Positions 37,471-52,900 of a DNA stretch of 64,000 nt are shown piece by piece. The position numbers were made by a program, and so were the translations under genes. Position 1 is the first letter of the stretch. Every line of letters begins with the position of its first letter. Source of the DNA: Tubiluchus corallicola. Its lineage: Eukaryota > Animalia > Priapulida. The stretch lies in NCBI GenBank assembly GCA_030141605.1, contig JAQGDQ010000449.1, positions 1 to 64,000 on the forward strand, given 5' to 3'. The notes below the pieces were generated by a model. The model was not told the origin of the DNA, ran no database searches, and saw only the letters and a program-made list of their open reading frames with translations.

Positions 37471-39989
37471 TGTGGCTTCATTTCAGAGCCAATACTAGGT
37501 GGACCAGAGGCTTGTTTTTCCATCAACTTGTAACGAAAATGCACGCCCACTGGTAGTATTATAATGCTACCCACACATTACGAAAAGTTTTTTGTGGGCT
37601 GCTCATTGTCCAATGTTCATTTTCGTGTCCACTGTTCAGTGAACAGAAATTGGAGTGGATGTGTGAATTCCGTGCATTCATGCATTTGTTCCGTTTTGTT
37701 TTTCTTGTTTCGTGCACACTGTGCAGTTTTGTTTCATTTCGAGCTAGGATCTTCTCCAGCAATCTATTGAAATTTTTTATCGTATCGTTTATCCGTTTAC
37801 GGAAAACCGCTGAAGTGCAGGGTGCATTTTTCGTCACTGCTGAGTGGTGAAGTTGGAATTTCATTGTTTTTGAAGGGCATGTTCCCGTATAAATGAGTTA
37901 AAATGATGTTGGACTATCAACTACTAATGCTACCTACCCAACAGTGATCAATGGTGCTCGCACTTTCTAGGTAGTTGTCATTTATTATACTCTTTGTTTA
38001 TAAGCCGGCTTTATTATATACGTTGGACTGAAACATGGTTCTGAAATCACTAGATTGGGAAAGAAAGAGGATCAGAATAAGCAACAGCGTAGTGCAAAAG
38101 AGAACAATGAAAGTGAAGAGGGTAGGGCCAAAGGCAGAATATTAACGACACAGAGTATAGTTCTAGTCATTAACAGAAGACATTATCCATTATTCACAAG
38201 ATCAAATATGCCAAAATAAGAGAATTCACGTGAGGGCATAGGTCACACAAGTTACAAATATGAAGACAGGTGTTATAACATAATTAATATTTCGAATTAT
38301 GTTATGTTGTGATTTTTAAGCTTAATGCCCTAAAATTCTGGGTTAATTTTAATGTGCAATCTATGTTTGAAATAGAACAAGGCAAATTTTAAAACATGAC
38401 ATCATTTAGTTTTGCCGATAAAAAATTGATCCACTATCATTCGTATCGAGGTAACGGTGGCGTCGTGATCATTTATAATAAATGTAGAATTTCGGTAACT
38501 ATTGATAAATTTGTATGATAGTCACAGCGTGCATCATACTTGCATTATGAATCTCATTAGGCCAGTATGCAAATCTTTCATGATATCACCGTCGCACTGT
38601 AATGCCGCATCTAATTTCAGAGCAAAATCTAGTGAAATTAATGATGATCGATGATCGAACTAACAGCTAAAGTGATGACGTTGACAGCTAAAATGACATC
38701 GTTTTTTCAGCCGTAAATTTTTGTATAGACATCAAAGTCGTAAACTAACTTTTGGGCAACCTTCGTATTTTGTTGATTTTGCCTCGATTTTCGCGAATTA
38801 AATACTATTATAAAGGGTATCAGTTTTTTGTAATCATTTGAACGCCTGTATATACGTCCTGAACTAACCTCACACATTCTACTAATTTCCGAAAACTTGT
38901 AATTCAACCAATCTATATCCCTAAGTGACTTTAATTAGACATAAGATAGGTTTAAATCATCATTAAGGCGACTTCACGCTGGATTTAGCAGTGAGAACTT
39001 TTTTTCAAAATTTCCAGAATTCGATGACATTTCATTTTAATGAGTGGCTTCTCTTTTCTGCTTACTTTAGTGAAAACCAAGAAACATTTAATCTTGGAAC
39101 AACTTATTATCAATTCTGGCAATATTAATCTTTTTATATTTTAGGGCACTCCAAGAAAATTTGTACCATTACATTTTAAGTAACATGGAGAAGGAATTTT
39201 ATTAGTACTGGTTCTAAAGAAAGAGCACGCTTCAAACACTGAAGCAACTTTCAATGCCGAGTGCGTTTCCGCGTTATGTAAATTGGTATAATTCCATCCA
39301 CATGTAACGAGACACAAAATTATGTTTACGAAACGACCAGAAAATTATTTACCAATTATCGCAAGAAATCCAATAAGCGCTGGATAACGGAAAAGAAACA
39401 TTCTTCTAAGAAATCCTTTCAAACTCTATTTAATAAGCTTTCTCCTGCCATTGTGAATAATGGATAAAATCATGATCAATTAGGCGTACAGTTTTCTTGG
39501 TGTATAAGTCTAAATAAATTTTCTCTTTTTCATTTAATAAAGGAAAATAAAGAATTTTTATCAATTGCTATTTCTGTTTACGGTTTTGTTAGTTTAACTT
39601 CAGGAATAAGTTTCGAAATCTTATCAATGTTCATTGTCAATCACTTTATCTCAGTATTTATATCTTTCTAATTGGTGACAAAAAATAATAATTTCGTTAA
39701 CTTAAAATTAATTGATGCCACAGCAATAAAAATCGACGAACAAAATATTCAAGCTTTAGGAAATTCATTAGTTCAATTACAGTTTTTCTCTACAAAAGTT
39801 TTCAGGCACTAAAGTCCTCTGTTGAAACTGCCTAAAACGTTACTGAGAATTGTCCGCAAAGCTTCTTAATTTCTGAATTTTTTTATACTCAGTTTACTTG
39901 TAACTTCTGTCTTGTTATCTATTGAAACAAATTTTAAAAAAATATTTAACAGTGCTGTTATATTAACGGTATATATGTACAACACTTTA

Positions 39990-40285
39990 TTTTGAAAGTT
40001 GGATACCAGCATTTAACAGCAGGTCCTACTCAAAGTGGGTGTTCGTGATAGGGGATCAATGTCAAGGCCTCTAAGACTAAGATTGGCTGCTAAATCGTGA
40101 AAGGTATCTTAACCGTGCTTAGATGTGCATTTATCCGCCCTCTACGAGGTAAATCAGAATCAGAATGGCAAAAGAAACCGCCCAGAGCGAGAATCGAAAC
40201 AGTTTAATCCACCCGTCTACTGACCAGCTTTGACAAGCGTTCTTAAGGTAGCCAGGCACGACGAATAACCACTCAACCATAAGCC
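39990..40285 (-). mobile_element. Probable tRNA-derived SINE
   Basis: Minus strand begins TGGTTGAGTGGTTA (A-box-like, ~40279) and has GTTTCGATTC (B-box-like, ~40200); the spacing is too long and there is no cloverleaf for a true tRNA. Confidence 0.4.
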
Positions 40286-43200
40286 TCATTATTACTACAG
40301 CAGGTTCTATTGCTGTACAAAAGAGACAAAATTAAAACAACTATTGTGTAAGCGAGTACATATAGGAGAATAGTGACAAAAAGTTAATCAATATATCATC
40401 CACGTGGTCTAATCGGTTTATTCAGTTCAGTTATGTCAAAAACTAGCGCGGAATTTTAAGATTTAAATAACTATACATCAGTAATACGTCACAATAAAGT
40501 CAGATAGTTAAAAATGATTATTATTAATAGTCTATAATTCTTGATTTGTGTTTTTACGTGGTCTACATATTATAGAATGTACTGTAATTCCGTAATATTA
40601 CGTTACAACTGTCAGAAGTATCGAGCGATCGACCAAGAACTGTTATTGATCTCAAAACAAAACATTAATGATGTCGCAGATGCAATTTCACTTTTCAAAT
40701 CGATTAATCAGGGCAGTTTTGTCACGTCCAAATTGTTTTCCTTGAGTTGTGTGCGCAGGAATTAAAACGGACCTGATGTTTCTTCAAAAAATAACGTCAC
40801 AGTTTGCTTGCTTAGAATAACGTTGTACTACATTAATTCAATGCACAGATTCAAATTCAAACTGTAAAAATTTGCGTCTTGGATATTAGTAGCACACTGC
40901 TACAAATAGTTGTCGTTATCGTGGTAGTTGTCACTTTGACGAGGAGTGTGCAAAGTATCTGCTTAGCATGTGTCTTGTGAAAATCATGTGAAAACTGTCA
41001 GCAAAGCCAACCAAACTGCTACATTAAAGGAAGTTTTATAGTTTGGGAGTGGGGTTTTGTAGAAAATCTGAAAAGTTTTGTAACATGTCTTCTGAAAGCT
41101 TCCATTGAAACAAGTTGTACTGCACACTTAGTGCACGTTAGTAGTAATTTGAAACTTGCAGGTGTATGATACAGGAGGAGCACAACTCAATTACTGCAAA
41201 TTTTCTACCGTTTCTAAGTTTACTGACCACCAAGGTGGGGGGTGGGGCGCATAGGAAGACATTTTATACATTCAATAAAGGCTTTTGTAGTATGCAATTT
41301 GATCAGATGACGCTTTGGCAATTGTAGTTGAACTTAATCAGTGGTTTTTTTCCAACCAAGTCTGCCAGTCCGACTCTTGTCCAGAAAAACTGTTTTATCG
41401 CTGCCTATTTATTATTTTTTATTCAAATCAGAAACCTACAGGAAGTACTAGTTGCAAACTACACAAATCATAAAACTATTGTTGATTTCACCAATGACGT
41501 TAATTCGGCAAATAATCATTGCTGCCACAGGTCATTGGTCCCAGACATTGACGTGTACTACAAGTAATCTTTACACGTAATCAGGCTGATTTGTTCCTCC
41601 TATGAGCGCATTATTTGTCATTTGGGTGAATCCACTTTCAATGTTTAATGACGACGTTAGATATAGTATAGCTAATTACATCATCATGACATTTCGCGGT
41701 TCATATACTCGCCGTCTCACTAGTCCTCCGCCTTTTCTTCTCACACGCTGACCAATTTACTTACAGTGTCAACTACAAATGAGGAATAGCTGAGAAAGAT
41801 CCTATTAGTTAGGGGAAAAAGTTCAATTACACTACATTATCATAGTGATTCATGTTTCACTGCTGAATTTTACAACATTTTTGATGGGCAAGCGGTAAGA
41901 CCACGTAAAGCGCAGACTTAATTTCTCATTATTAACATTGTATAATTAGCATACGTTTGTCATAAAAAATGCTCCCTACGGCGTTAGATGAGCCTGTTTA
42001 CTACATTAACAAAATTCAACATTGTGACTGCGGTTGCTTTACTGAATTTCCAAACAAAATCTGTTCACTGAATCACTGTTGAAAAGCTACAACATAAACT
42101 GGAATACAGTAACTGACAATTATTTATCTCGAACTTTAATAAGCAATAAGGATATTCAAGTAAGAAATTGTATTCAATTTTTATGCTTTTTGTGCGATTT
42201 TTGTACTTCTGTTCCTCCCTTATGTTTTTATTTATTTTTCTTTTGTGTTTTTTCTACGTGCTTTTATCCACTTTTATGTGGCTATGTTTACATGTAAAAT
42301 GTAAATATTTATGTAAATATGTTTAGTAAATATGTTTACTACAAATAAAGAAAATGCCCCCAAAATAGTATTAATAATTCTAAATGATTTATTTCCTCGC
42401 CTAAAAATAAACTAGTGGTACTTTGAAATGTCATGTTTTTTCTTTCTTTTTTACAAGTTTCTTAATTGTGGGATTTTTTTTAATTCATAAATCGCGGAAA
42501 TAGCAAAATTTGGCTAACCGAAAAACTAATATTATAAACAGCAACTGCTGCTGAGTACTGATTAATCAAACATATTACTGCGTCCGACCAGAGGATTTTC
42601 TCTGATTGATATGCAGTTTATTATCTGTCTGTTACAGACATGCCGAATTTAACAAATTATCTATTTTAATGCAAATTCTGTTCGTAAAATGTCGAAATTT
42701 CTACCATAAATTAACATCAGCGTGTAAAGCAGGCTGCTGCCGCTTATTAACGTCAGAATTCTGCATTAGCTTGGCGTAATGCGATTTAACCGACATCAAA
42801 GCAGATAACTTTTCATCTTTCACACAGGAGACTAGGGGCAACAGCACCAAACAATTTAGTGACTCGTTTCACCAAGAGATAATATTGTGGAAGCATGTGA
42901 ATTTCATTGAAATTAGGGACGCTCGAATAGCTGGGTTTTCACCTTTTACATTGTAATAAGCTTAAAAGTTACACTACAAATTATAGTTTAAGCAACATGC
43001 ACATTTTTAATATTATCTTACCTTATTCTTGCTCTCTCAATCCGTATATCTTTAAAAAACATTATGATACGGAAGCACAGTACTTACCCTTTGATGAATC
43101 TTATTTCTCCAAACACGGATTTATCCAAACATGTGAATAGCCATCATTACCTGCAGTGAACTGGCGAAGAATTTTAAAGTAGGATATTTAACTGCATGAT

Positions 43201-43806
43201 CATTTTAAAAGAGAATCCTAATATTGTCTGAACCCATAAAATTCAATGCCTTAGCGTCACATAAGCTGATTAGCTGCAGCTACAGAATAGAAGAATTGTT
43301 TGCTAAGTGGTCGCGATTTGGGCTTAGCGACCGAATTTTAACATTACTACTCCTGATCTGTAAATGGATTGTTGACGAAAATAAAGTGTTCCTAGGGCGT
43401 GTGGTGCATTAATTGCTACGTATTTGGTCTTCACTTTGCAAACGAGGATCGAACAATCAATATCAGGTTGTATTTTCTGTAAAATGTTGTAGCGTAACTG
43501 GAATCTAGTTCACTATCAAACATTTAAAACACAGAAGCGGCTGCGGTGTCTCAGCCATATTCGGATACATTCTTCTCATAAGATAAATAGGAGGTGATAG
43601 CTTGGCAGCTAAAACTGTGTTTTTCAAACAATTAACTGTCCATTTGCTGATCAGGTTCGACGTTACTTATTTCAGTCGCTAAGCACGTACCGGAACTACT
43701 GGGCTACTACCGTCACTAACACGTTAATCTTTACTCAGTCTAAGCAAATATAATTAAAAATAGTCAAACAACAAATACACGAACAAAAAATACACCTGTT
43801 GTTTCA

Positions 43807-43901
<95 letters not shown>

Positions 43902-43907
43902 TAATAA
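43807..43907. repeat. (AAT)30+ microsatellite
   Basis: Directly visible; explains the poly-Ile ORF 43799..43999. Confidence 0.98.
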
Positions 43908-46900
43908 GCAAATGCAGTGGTACACTGTTTGTGGGCTTAACCTGGAGTGAATGCACCCAAGCCAATATAAACGGCAAAAGCAGACAATTGGTGCAATAAA
44001 CTTGGAAAATATTTATTTTATAAAGTACAAAAATCGAAAAACAAGATGAAAAATAATTAGAGAAATTTAGCGAAAAACTAACAAATTATAAAACAATAGT
44101 AATTAGCAAGTAAACAAATAATTTGAATAAAAACAATCGTAGGTAGATTCTGATTTGCTTTATGCATTTAAAGACACAAAATTAAGGGGAAAGTAAACTA
44201 ATAATGATTTAACAAATTATTAGCAGTAATCGCGTACGAAAAGATTACTGGCGACACTGCATCACAGTTAGCACAAAGAATACAATCATCTACAGTTACT
44301 TACAATTTTAGTGGCCTTAGTAAACGTTAGTTTCATCACTGAGAAAGTATCTCGAAACTAGCAGATATCAAGAAGTATACAGCTACGAAGCAATCAGCAT
44401 GGCAGACTACTTTACGAATAAAAGAAAGGTTATAGCACGCGTGAAAAGGTCAGGTGGTACAGGTAGATGAAATTATAGCGCGATGATTCGTTTCAAAATG
44501 CTAAGACAGCAGTGAGGTACTGTCGCATTTATACCTAGATGAGCCGGAAGTATTATTTATAATTATAATTATTGAATAAGATAAAATGATTAAATTATTG
44601 TCAAAATTATTTGTCTCAAATTCCTCTCGTTTGCATGTATTTCAAAGTTTGGATTTATAAATACACATACGCGTACACATACACATACACATTAGCCAAA
44701 CAATTACAAAATTTACGTAAATAAAAATCATGCTATAATACGAGCAAAGTCATATTATTCTGATTTGACAGCCGCACACTTAACTGCCGTGTACAGCTGT
44801 TTAGACAAAAGATCGAGAAAATAATGTTGTTTATTGAGCGTATTTATCGCATACACATGGTGGACAGTAGTAATTTTGACGTCACAGAGTCACTTCGAAA
44901 TCACAGAACAATAATCCTATTTACATAGGAAGACATAGGATCGAAAAAATCGCTATTCGCTAGACCTGTATTATAATCATGGTATTCGCACACAAATATA
45001 ATCACCTTTTTATAGCAGTGTATAAAACATAAATTGAACAGAATTGCCACCGTTTACGATTTCGAGCATGATAAAATCTATCTCCATCTATTTATGGTCA
45101 TTAATAATTTTACAGCTCAGTATTGTAATAAAATGTACCATATCGTCCTATGATCGAAACAACTGACAAACCTGAGTATCGGGAAAGTGTTTTATTAATT
45201 AATAAGCTAGGCTTTTGCTTAATGAGTAACATTGATTTAACTGTCACCGTAGCAATAATTAATAGGGAAACGGTTTAGGAATTTTACTGAGCGAAAATAA
45301 CAAAAGAGAGGTAGAAAAACTGTGAAGCAAGCCAAAGCTTGATCAAGTCTATTGTTTTCATTGCATGAATTTGTTAAAGATAATTATACAAGCTTTTAAG
45401 TCTTATCAAACAGGAATTTTTTGGGTCATTATTAATGAGGACTAAAATAATTATTTTTGTCATACAGTGGTATGCAGTACATAACAAAAATCCTTGCATC
45501 AGATTAACAAACTCAACATCTTAAAATTAGTGCATGGTTAAATCTCATAAATTGCAGAGATTGCGTTCTATTTGACTGCCTAATTATATGCTGGTATTTT
45601 CCTATTATCAGCAAGCAGATATTCGCGTTCAATGATATACTACAAAACGCAGCGATTGACTATAACGAAGGCGTAGAAAGTTTAGAAATAATCCAGCTTT
45701 TATGCCGTTTTCAATGATCATTAAACTCGACATTTATAAGGTTAATGACGTTGAACACAGTTTTAATGAAATAAAGTAAATAGTGCGTAATACACCCCGT
45801 TAAGCTAATGAAACTTTACGAAACAGAAGAGCGATGATTTATGAAAGGCTGAATTCAAGCGTAGAAGGACTTATATTCTATTCTTTTCAGAGCTTCAGCA
45901 CTGTAGGCTGGTGGATTAAATTCATAATTATAATTATTATAATTATTAATTTAAGCTAACTAAAGATTACTAAATCGAAGAGATGTTTAAAAACTATGAA
46001 TGTACCTTGCAATGTACATATAGACATTGCAATGTATCTGTGTAAAAAATTTGATTACAAAATCTACGATTATTTACCTGTTTTTTTGCTCTTATAAGAC
46101 AAAAGCTACAACTGATATCAATAAGGCCGTCATGCAAGAAAGAATGTTGATCAGTTAAGAATGTCTCAGTTATATGAGAAAAATTCGACGTCTATAGTGT
46201 TCAAACAGCGGTTAAACTTGTTATAAAACGTACACGCAGTTTATAGATACGAAATAATGTGTTTTTCATGATAGCGTATTAGAAGTCTTGCTGGCAGCAC
46301 GGTTTGCTGGCCCTTTACTCCATGACATTTGTCTTCTAGCTAAGTTATTGACTGTAGCTATAGGTGACAGGTTTTTGTCAACATTTCGCCTCAGAAACTG
46401 GAAATTATATTGATGTAGAACTTATGTATAAATACAATCAAACAAGCCAGAGGCTGAAAGAGCGGAAATTATTGGAGATGAATAATTGCACATGGAAACG
46501 CAATATATGAATTACTGTTTGACCAATGTGGCGTAGTTTGATGAAATAGGATGGAATGGCGTGAAATTGAGAGGAACTTCTATCAGTGATGACGCCTTCC
46601 ACTTTGTAATATTAATTATTATAACGTTTGATTATTGATATCTGTCACATAGACTGTCATATAATAAGATACGGGTTCCAAATTTTGCAATTAACCTAGC
46701 GATAGCAGTGTGTAAGGAACAAAACGTTGTGTAGTATCTCGTAAAAATGGAAAAAACATTATTGCACGTAACTAGATGCGTATCACGCTATATTCTGTCT
46801 TCACAGCTCATACGCATACTCAAATCACAGCTAAGTACATTCCTGCAAAAATAATAATCTCAACAAATCACATCGGCTATTCACTCTTCTTATAGGTGTT

Positions 46901-49900
46901 TGTTCGCTTAGGCTTTAAACCTACTACCTACCTAGCTTGCCACATACTGCTTAGACCAGACCATACAAGCGTATATGTAAGCTGTTTGACAGAAGAAAAC
47001 ATAACTAAGCTTAATGTTGCTCCAAATACCTCGCAAATCCCATGGTCTTAAAACAAAACGAAAAAGTTCACTATGAGTAGGATTAAATACTTCTTGAAAT
47101 CGGGAACAAATTATTCTGACAGTGAGTTTCAGACGGAAGGATGGAAAGAGGAGAGGGAGGAAGGTCAATTATAGTAATTACACCATTAAACGATTCCGGT
47201 ATCTATTACACAGTTGCTCAGAACCTATCTAAATTCTGAGTGCTAACGGGTTTTTATCCTACCCATATTTTGTGCGAGACAAAAAATACCTTGCTAAGTC
47301 TGGGGCGCCAGCATGAAAGGAAGACCGTTCAAATGCATACTGTGCGCAAAAATAATGGAAAAAAATTTGTCACGTCTGCATTGTCATTAAATGTTATGAT
47401 TCTATGTGGCTATTTGCTTAATGGGACATCTGTAAGCACGGCGCTGCAGTGCGTTTGAAACACGCAGTTATTGCATCAGAATTTGATAAAGGTGCTGAGA
47501 AACACGCGGCGCAAACACATTAAATGAGGCAAATTGTTGACATGCACAAATGTGATTGTCCAATTTTGCGAAGCCTGACGTGAATAGAACTTGGAGTAAT
47601 TTGTCATTTTTGCTCAGTTAGATATCACCGTTGCCATTAAGAATCGGACAACGTTAATTTCAGAAATTGAAAGAAAGTCGAATTAAGTCTAGATGAAGTA
47701 TTCCAGCATGGCCCATTGCACACAGACAGAATAAAGGTTTATAGAAGTGGCCAACCACAAGAAAACCTACAGGAGCAAGACGATAACCAACACGCCGGCC
47801 ACAAAACAGATTTCATAAAATAGTATTGAAGACATTAGTACATTACACTCAACAAAATTAATAAATTATCATCAATTACAAGTCAGTTAGACAACCATTC
47901 AATCAGTCAGATAGCGAATTAGCTACTGAGTATTTTACTGGGTCAGTTAGGCATTCAGTGAACCATCAGCTCAAATTCAACACATCAATTGCAGAATCAG
48001 TAGTCATCACTACAGAAAAGAGTTTCTGGAAAATCAGTTCCAAATCTGCAGCAACAGTCTTTTTGTAAAGTTAAACTATGACCAAAAATGCTTAAACCAG
48101 CGGCTTTAATATTAAAGTGAGGAAGAATATGTGAAAACTTATGCAGATCGATAATCCTAAAATTCCAGGCATAGCATGACGAGAAATTTTGTTCTCGGTT
48201 TTTACGGTTCAATCATAAATCCAATTATAAATCTAAAGCTACATTTGCCAAAAACGCAACCGCTTCTGTTAATTCCAGAGGTCGAAGAAGAATGGCTAAG
48301 TGGCTGTAGTATACAACCAGCAACCAAAATTAAGTACCGCTATGCCTGTACAGTAAGTGGATAGGTGCTAACCAGGAAAGCTACTTCAGAATTAGGCGAT
48401 GTTTCTACCTTGTTGCTTTCGCTATTGACTTTATTAAGAGAGAATGTACATAAATCCACCTACTGGCACCTGTGCCAATTCAGCTAGTTAATGGGGCACG
48501 CCACAACTATCAAGGTCTATTTTTGAGTGTCAGATACCGGCTTACAAACCATATAAAAAGGAACCAAGTTCGATTACACTGCCGCCAATATTATGCGCTT
48601 AAGACATCCTATGATTTCCACGTTGTCTTATTTCACTTTATTGCATTTTGTAGTCGGGTTTTATATAATTATTTTCGCATAATAACTTTTGTCCAAGTTT
48701 CTTTTTAGACTAGAGAAATTTTAAGAAAAGTGGAACCTGGAGAGCAATATAGCCAATCTTAAAATTTGTCTTTGTCGAATCCGAAAAAAAGCTGTTGCGG
48801 CTTGAAAAAATAGCGGAAAATGGTTAAAAGTGCAAAAAACTAAATAGTCGTTAAGCTTTTGCGCAAACAACATTAATCAAAGAAATACCCAGATAAGTAA
48901 AATTAGGAGGCGATTATGGCATCTACTTTAAAGTAGTTACATCACTAAGGAATCCACTTTCGTTACTGACCGCAGTTTTCAAAATACTACGAGAGAGAAT
49001 GGAGACTGACATCTCTCGTAGTATTATAAAAGATATAAAACCTCACTAACAATGCTGCTTAATTGGCTTTAATTCGCTAAAAAAATAATATTTTGTGCTT
49101 TAGAGAAGCTCGTATACAAACAGGATTAACATATCATATACTTGGGTATTCTTCAAGATAACATCAATTTTCAAAAACTTATTTTTGTTGTGTATGTCGA
49201 TGGGCAGAAGTTATGAGAAGCTTAATCTTGTATTGTTTTTTCATAACGAGACCTTAATTTTCGTCAACAAAAGCGCCTCTAGTAATATTACGGGCATTAT
49301 CTGCGAGCTGCCTAATTAGAGATAAAACCCAAGTAACGTGATTCCTAGTCACTGTATTTGCAGAAAGGCTGAGTAAAGTAAATTTAAAGAAAATCCTTTC
49401 TAAACAGACTCCGCCGTAACTGTAATCGGAATACTGTGAGGATTATTACTGTACAACGGAAAATGAAGTTGTGCAGCAACATAAATGTTTATAAAATTAA
49501 TTCGGTAAGACCAGAAGTAATTAGCAACATGTAATCCCAGCTGTAACTTAAACAAACCTTAACGCCTTTACTTTACAGTTTGGTAGGGTGAGGCTAGCAT
49601 CGCTTTAGTTCTGCATTGAGCTTGCAGGAAAACAAAGGAATAATTCAGCAAAAAACTAGATACTGCTTTGCCAACAGGTACAGTGGGAAAATGCAGGTGT
49701 TAGTTGAATAAACAGACAGACAAACTAAGCCAAAAACTCTGACAATAGTCTTTCAATTCTCCACTTACGAACTATATAGTAAACAGCATTAGCAAGTTTT
49801 ATGACGCAAGCATTAGCAGTTCCTAGCTGCTACTTCAGGTTTAGTCTCTGGCTTTTCATCTTCTGTGTCATTAAAACGGCTTCTTACCTAAACTAACATG

Positions 49901-52900
49901 GTAGACATGTTTTGAATTGCCCAGAAAAGAAGACGCTCGAATAGGTAAATGACGGCTTAGTAGTACACATACCATTGAAAGTTCGGACATGCTGTGATAA
50001 ACTTGACGACTGATGTTGCCTTTGAAGGTTACTATCCAATATCCAATATCTTCACCATATCTATATAGTTTAGTTCGCCCATGCAAAATAAACTATAAAG
50101 ATAACATCAAGATGCTAGACAGGGTTTTAGTATGTCATGGAGATTCGACGTAAAGCATGTGGAAGAAATGAAAGGACATTGAAAGATTTTACAGTGCTCA
50201 GCAATGTTGTGAAAATGGCAACAGCTGTAACCTATTTCGAATAATGGCATTTTCCATGTTTATCTGTTCTTTAGCAGCTTGGAATAACAAATATGATTGA
50301 TTCCTCTTACGACATCAACCATCAAGGTAGCAATACATGTGGATTACAACCTTACAACCCATTCAAAACTTTTACTGCAAGGCTAATATCTAGTCCACCA
50401 CTTACCAGATATCATCTATGATGAGAAAATAAAACACCTCATATATCAGCATAAATTACACGAAAAAGTAAACAAAGTAGGTTTACTGGTCTTAATAATT
50501 AACACCACTTGGCTTCCACTAGCCATAGCTAATTATTAGTTAAGGAAGCTTCAGTCAGTCGTGAGAGTTAATACAAGATTTATCACCGAAGTGGTTCGTT
50601 TATAACAAAAAAAACCAATAAATATTTCTTATTGTAGCGCATCTAGCTGGGTTAAATTATGGTAAGTACTCTTGAAAAAGCGCATGTACGCTTTATAGAA
50701 GCTTGTATAACAGAAGTTAGACGTAACCAACAGTTTCCTTCATAAAATTTGTAATTAATAGAAATTAAGCAAGCCCAAATTATTATTTGGTAGTAATATT
50801 CAACGGAACTAATGTACGACATGATATGTTTATATCTATATGATACGTATGATATATATTATTGCATAATGATAATGAAATGGAACATATCACATGATTA
50901 ACTGGGATCTATATATGCATTTTAAGATATAAAATTAATTTAACAGCAAAGTAGCGAATTATACTACTAACTTTGATCTTTCAAACTGCTAGCTGATTTA
51001 AACTGGTATATTTTGCGAAGTCTTTAAGCTTACAAGGATAGGCCTGAGCACGCAAACTTTGATGCCGCTTTCAAAGATCATTCAAATTAATGTTATGTAG
51101 GGTAACCCTTAAGTAACCATTCGGCTGAGGAGAGTTTCAGCACTCAGTCTGGTAGTTTGGAAAAGCTGCGTTTTAAATGCACAAAGGCGTAAATTCTGCT
51201 CTCCCGAGAACCTCAGCACTGGATGGTAAGACAGAAAAAATCCATATCCTTAATATACATTTTCTTAAGTAAATTTGTAATTTTGTAAATTTTAAACGTA
51301 CATAAAGTTTTGGAATTTCGAAAATACACAAAGCCACAGAATATTAGTACTAAGGTTTAATTTTAATATGTGCATAAAGTTTGCAAATATCTAGGCAAAT
51401 AGAGGTGATATATAACATATATATATATAGAGAGAGAGAGCTCGTAAATTAAACAACAGTTAATTCTGTTATGTTATTCATGCAAATGTAGATAGAATAA
51501 ACTTGATCGTTTCTCGAAGTTTATTGATTATACCTAAAGTTAAATTATAGGAATTAATGACAGAGAGAATCGTCCATTAAGACTCTTACTATAGCAACTG
51601 ACCTTTGACCTTTGATGCGCAACGGACTGCAAGGTTGATCCAATATTTTTCCCATCAGGCAATGAATATGGTTTGTGGTAAGAATAAATATAACTATTAT
51701 TATTATATATGTTATGCGACTGTCATAAAAAAGTTCAGCGCTTACTAGCTGTTCAACTAAGTTTCTCTGCACAGATGCCTCATTCGCTAGAGTCTAGAGA
51801 CAGATAGCACACTATATCACCCAAAGCGTGAATGACATGAGTCTTTGATGCGTATGCTTCATTCCAATCTGCAGGCACTTAGTGAAAATCTGGCAGAGTT
51901 GTTTTGTATCTATATATAGAGAATCATAACTTTTCCAAGTTATGACAAGCGTGTATACAGCGAACAGATCTTTCATACATGGCTCCTGACTACAGTTCTA
52001 GGTTTCTCTAGTTCTACTTAATACATCGCATTTATTAAGCATACAATGAGGTCAGGAGGGCTGCTAACCAGGGCAAATGAATTTTACATTTTCAGGGCAA
52101 AAGCTGATTACTTTCAAGGCAAATAATTTTATTTTAAAATTTCAAAATCTAATATTGAAATATTCAATAACTGCTTACGTACTGTACTGCATACTTTTCC
52201 ATGGTTGAAATTAAAGTGTTTCTTGTGTGTAGGATTGTTTTAAACTTTATTAATTTTAAAATTACTAACACTCCACGCTATCGTATTTGCAAAAGCAAAA
52301 CTATTAATTTTTTTGGATTTCTGAAACGTTAGAAAAAGAATGTCTGAAAATATGTGTATATGTGTTCAGACGAGAACGAATAAAGGGCATTTAATTTTGA
52401 GTAAAGAGCACTTAATATCGTAATACCTAGTACTGCCGTTATCCGCAGCGCTGAAGGCCAGAAATGAATAGGGGTACAATTCATGTTAGTTTCTCAGCGG
52501 GAATGGTGTTTTTACTTGATCATTTTACTCCCTTGGTTATTTTTTGTTTCTGATAAAAATGAGTGAAAAGACACTCTGTATATATTATACTGGGTAACAA
52601 TAAGTATAAATGTGAACAAGCATAAACATATAGCTACAAATATAAATATTTTGTTTTTGGGCACTTTTATTAATCTGTGTTTATTATGTCCATATTATTA
52701 TGTGCTCGTTAGTCTATATTCTATATAATTATGTGTTTTGTTTTTGCACTTATTTGTAAGTTACTCATATCACGGACTGGAACAAAAAATTCAGGCCAAA
52801 TTCCTTTTGACACCCCCCACCCCCACCCCCTTCCTATGAAACTTCCTATGCGCCTACAATAACGTTACGCAGACGGAGAAGAATGTGTTTCCCTCAGAAG

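Noticed and set aside
40175-40285. tRNA gene (also ~61490-61555)
   Set aside because: Only A/B-box-like motifs without a cloverleaf; better explained as SINE heads.
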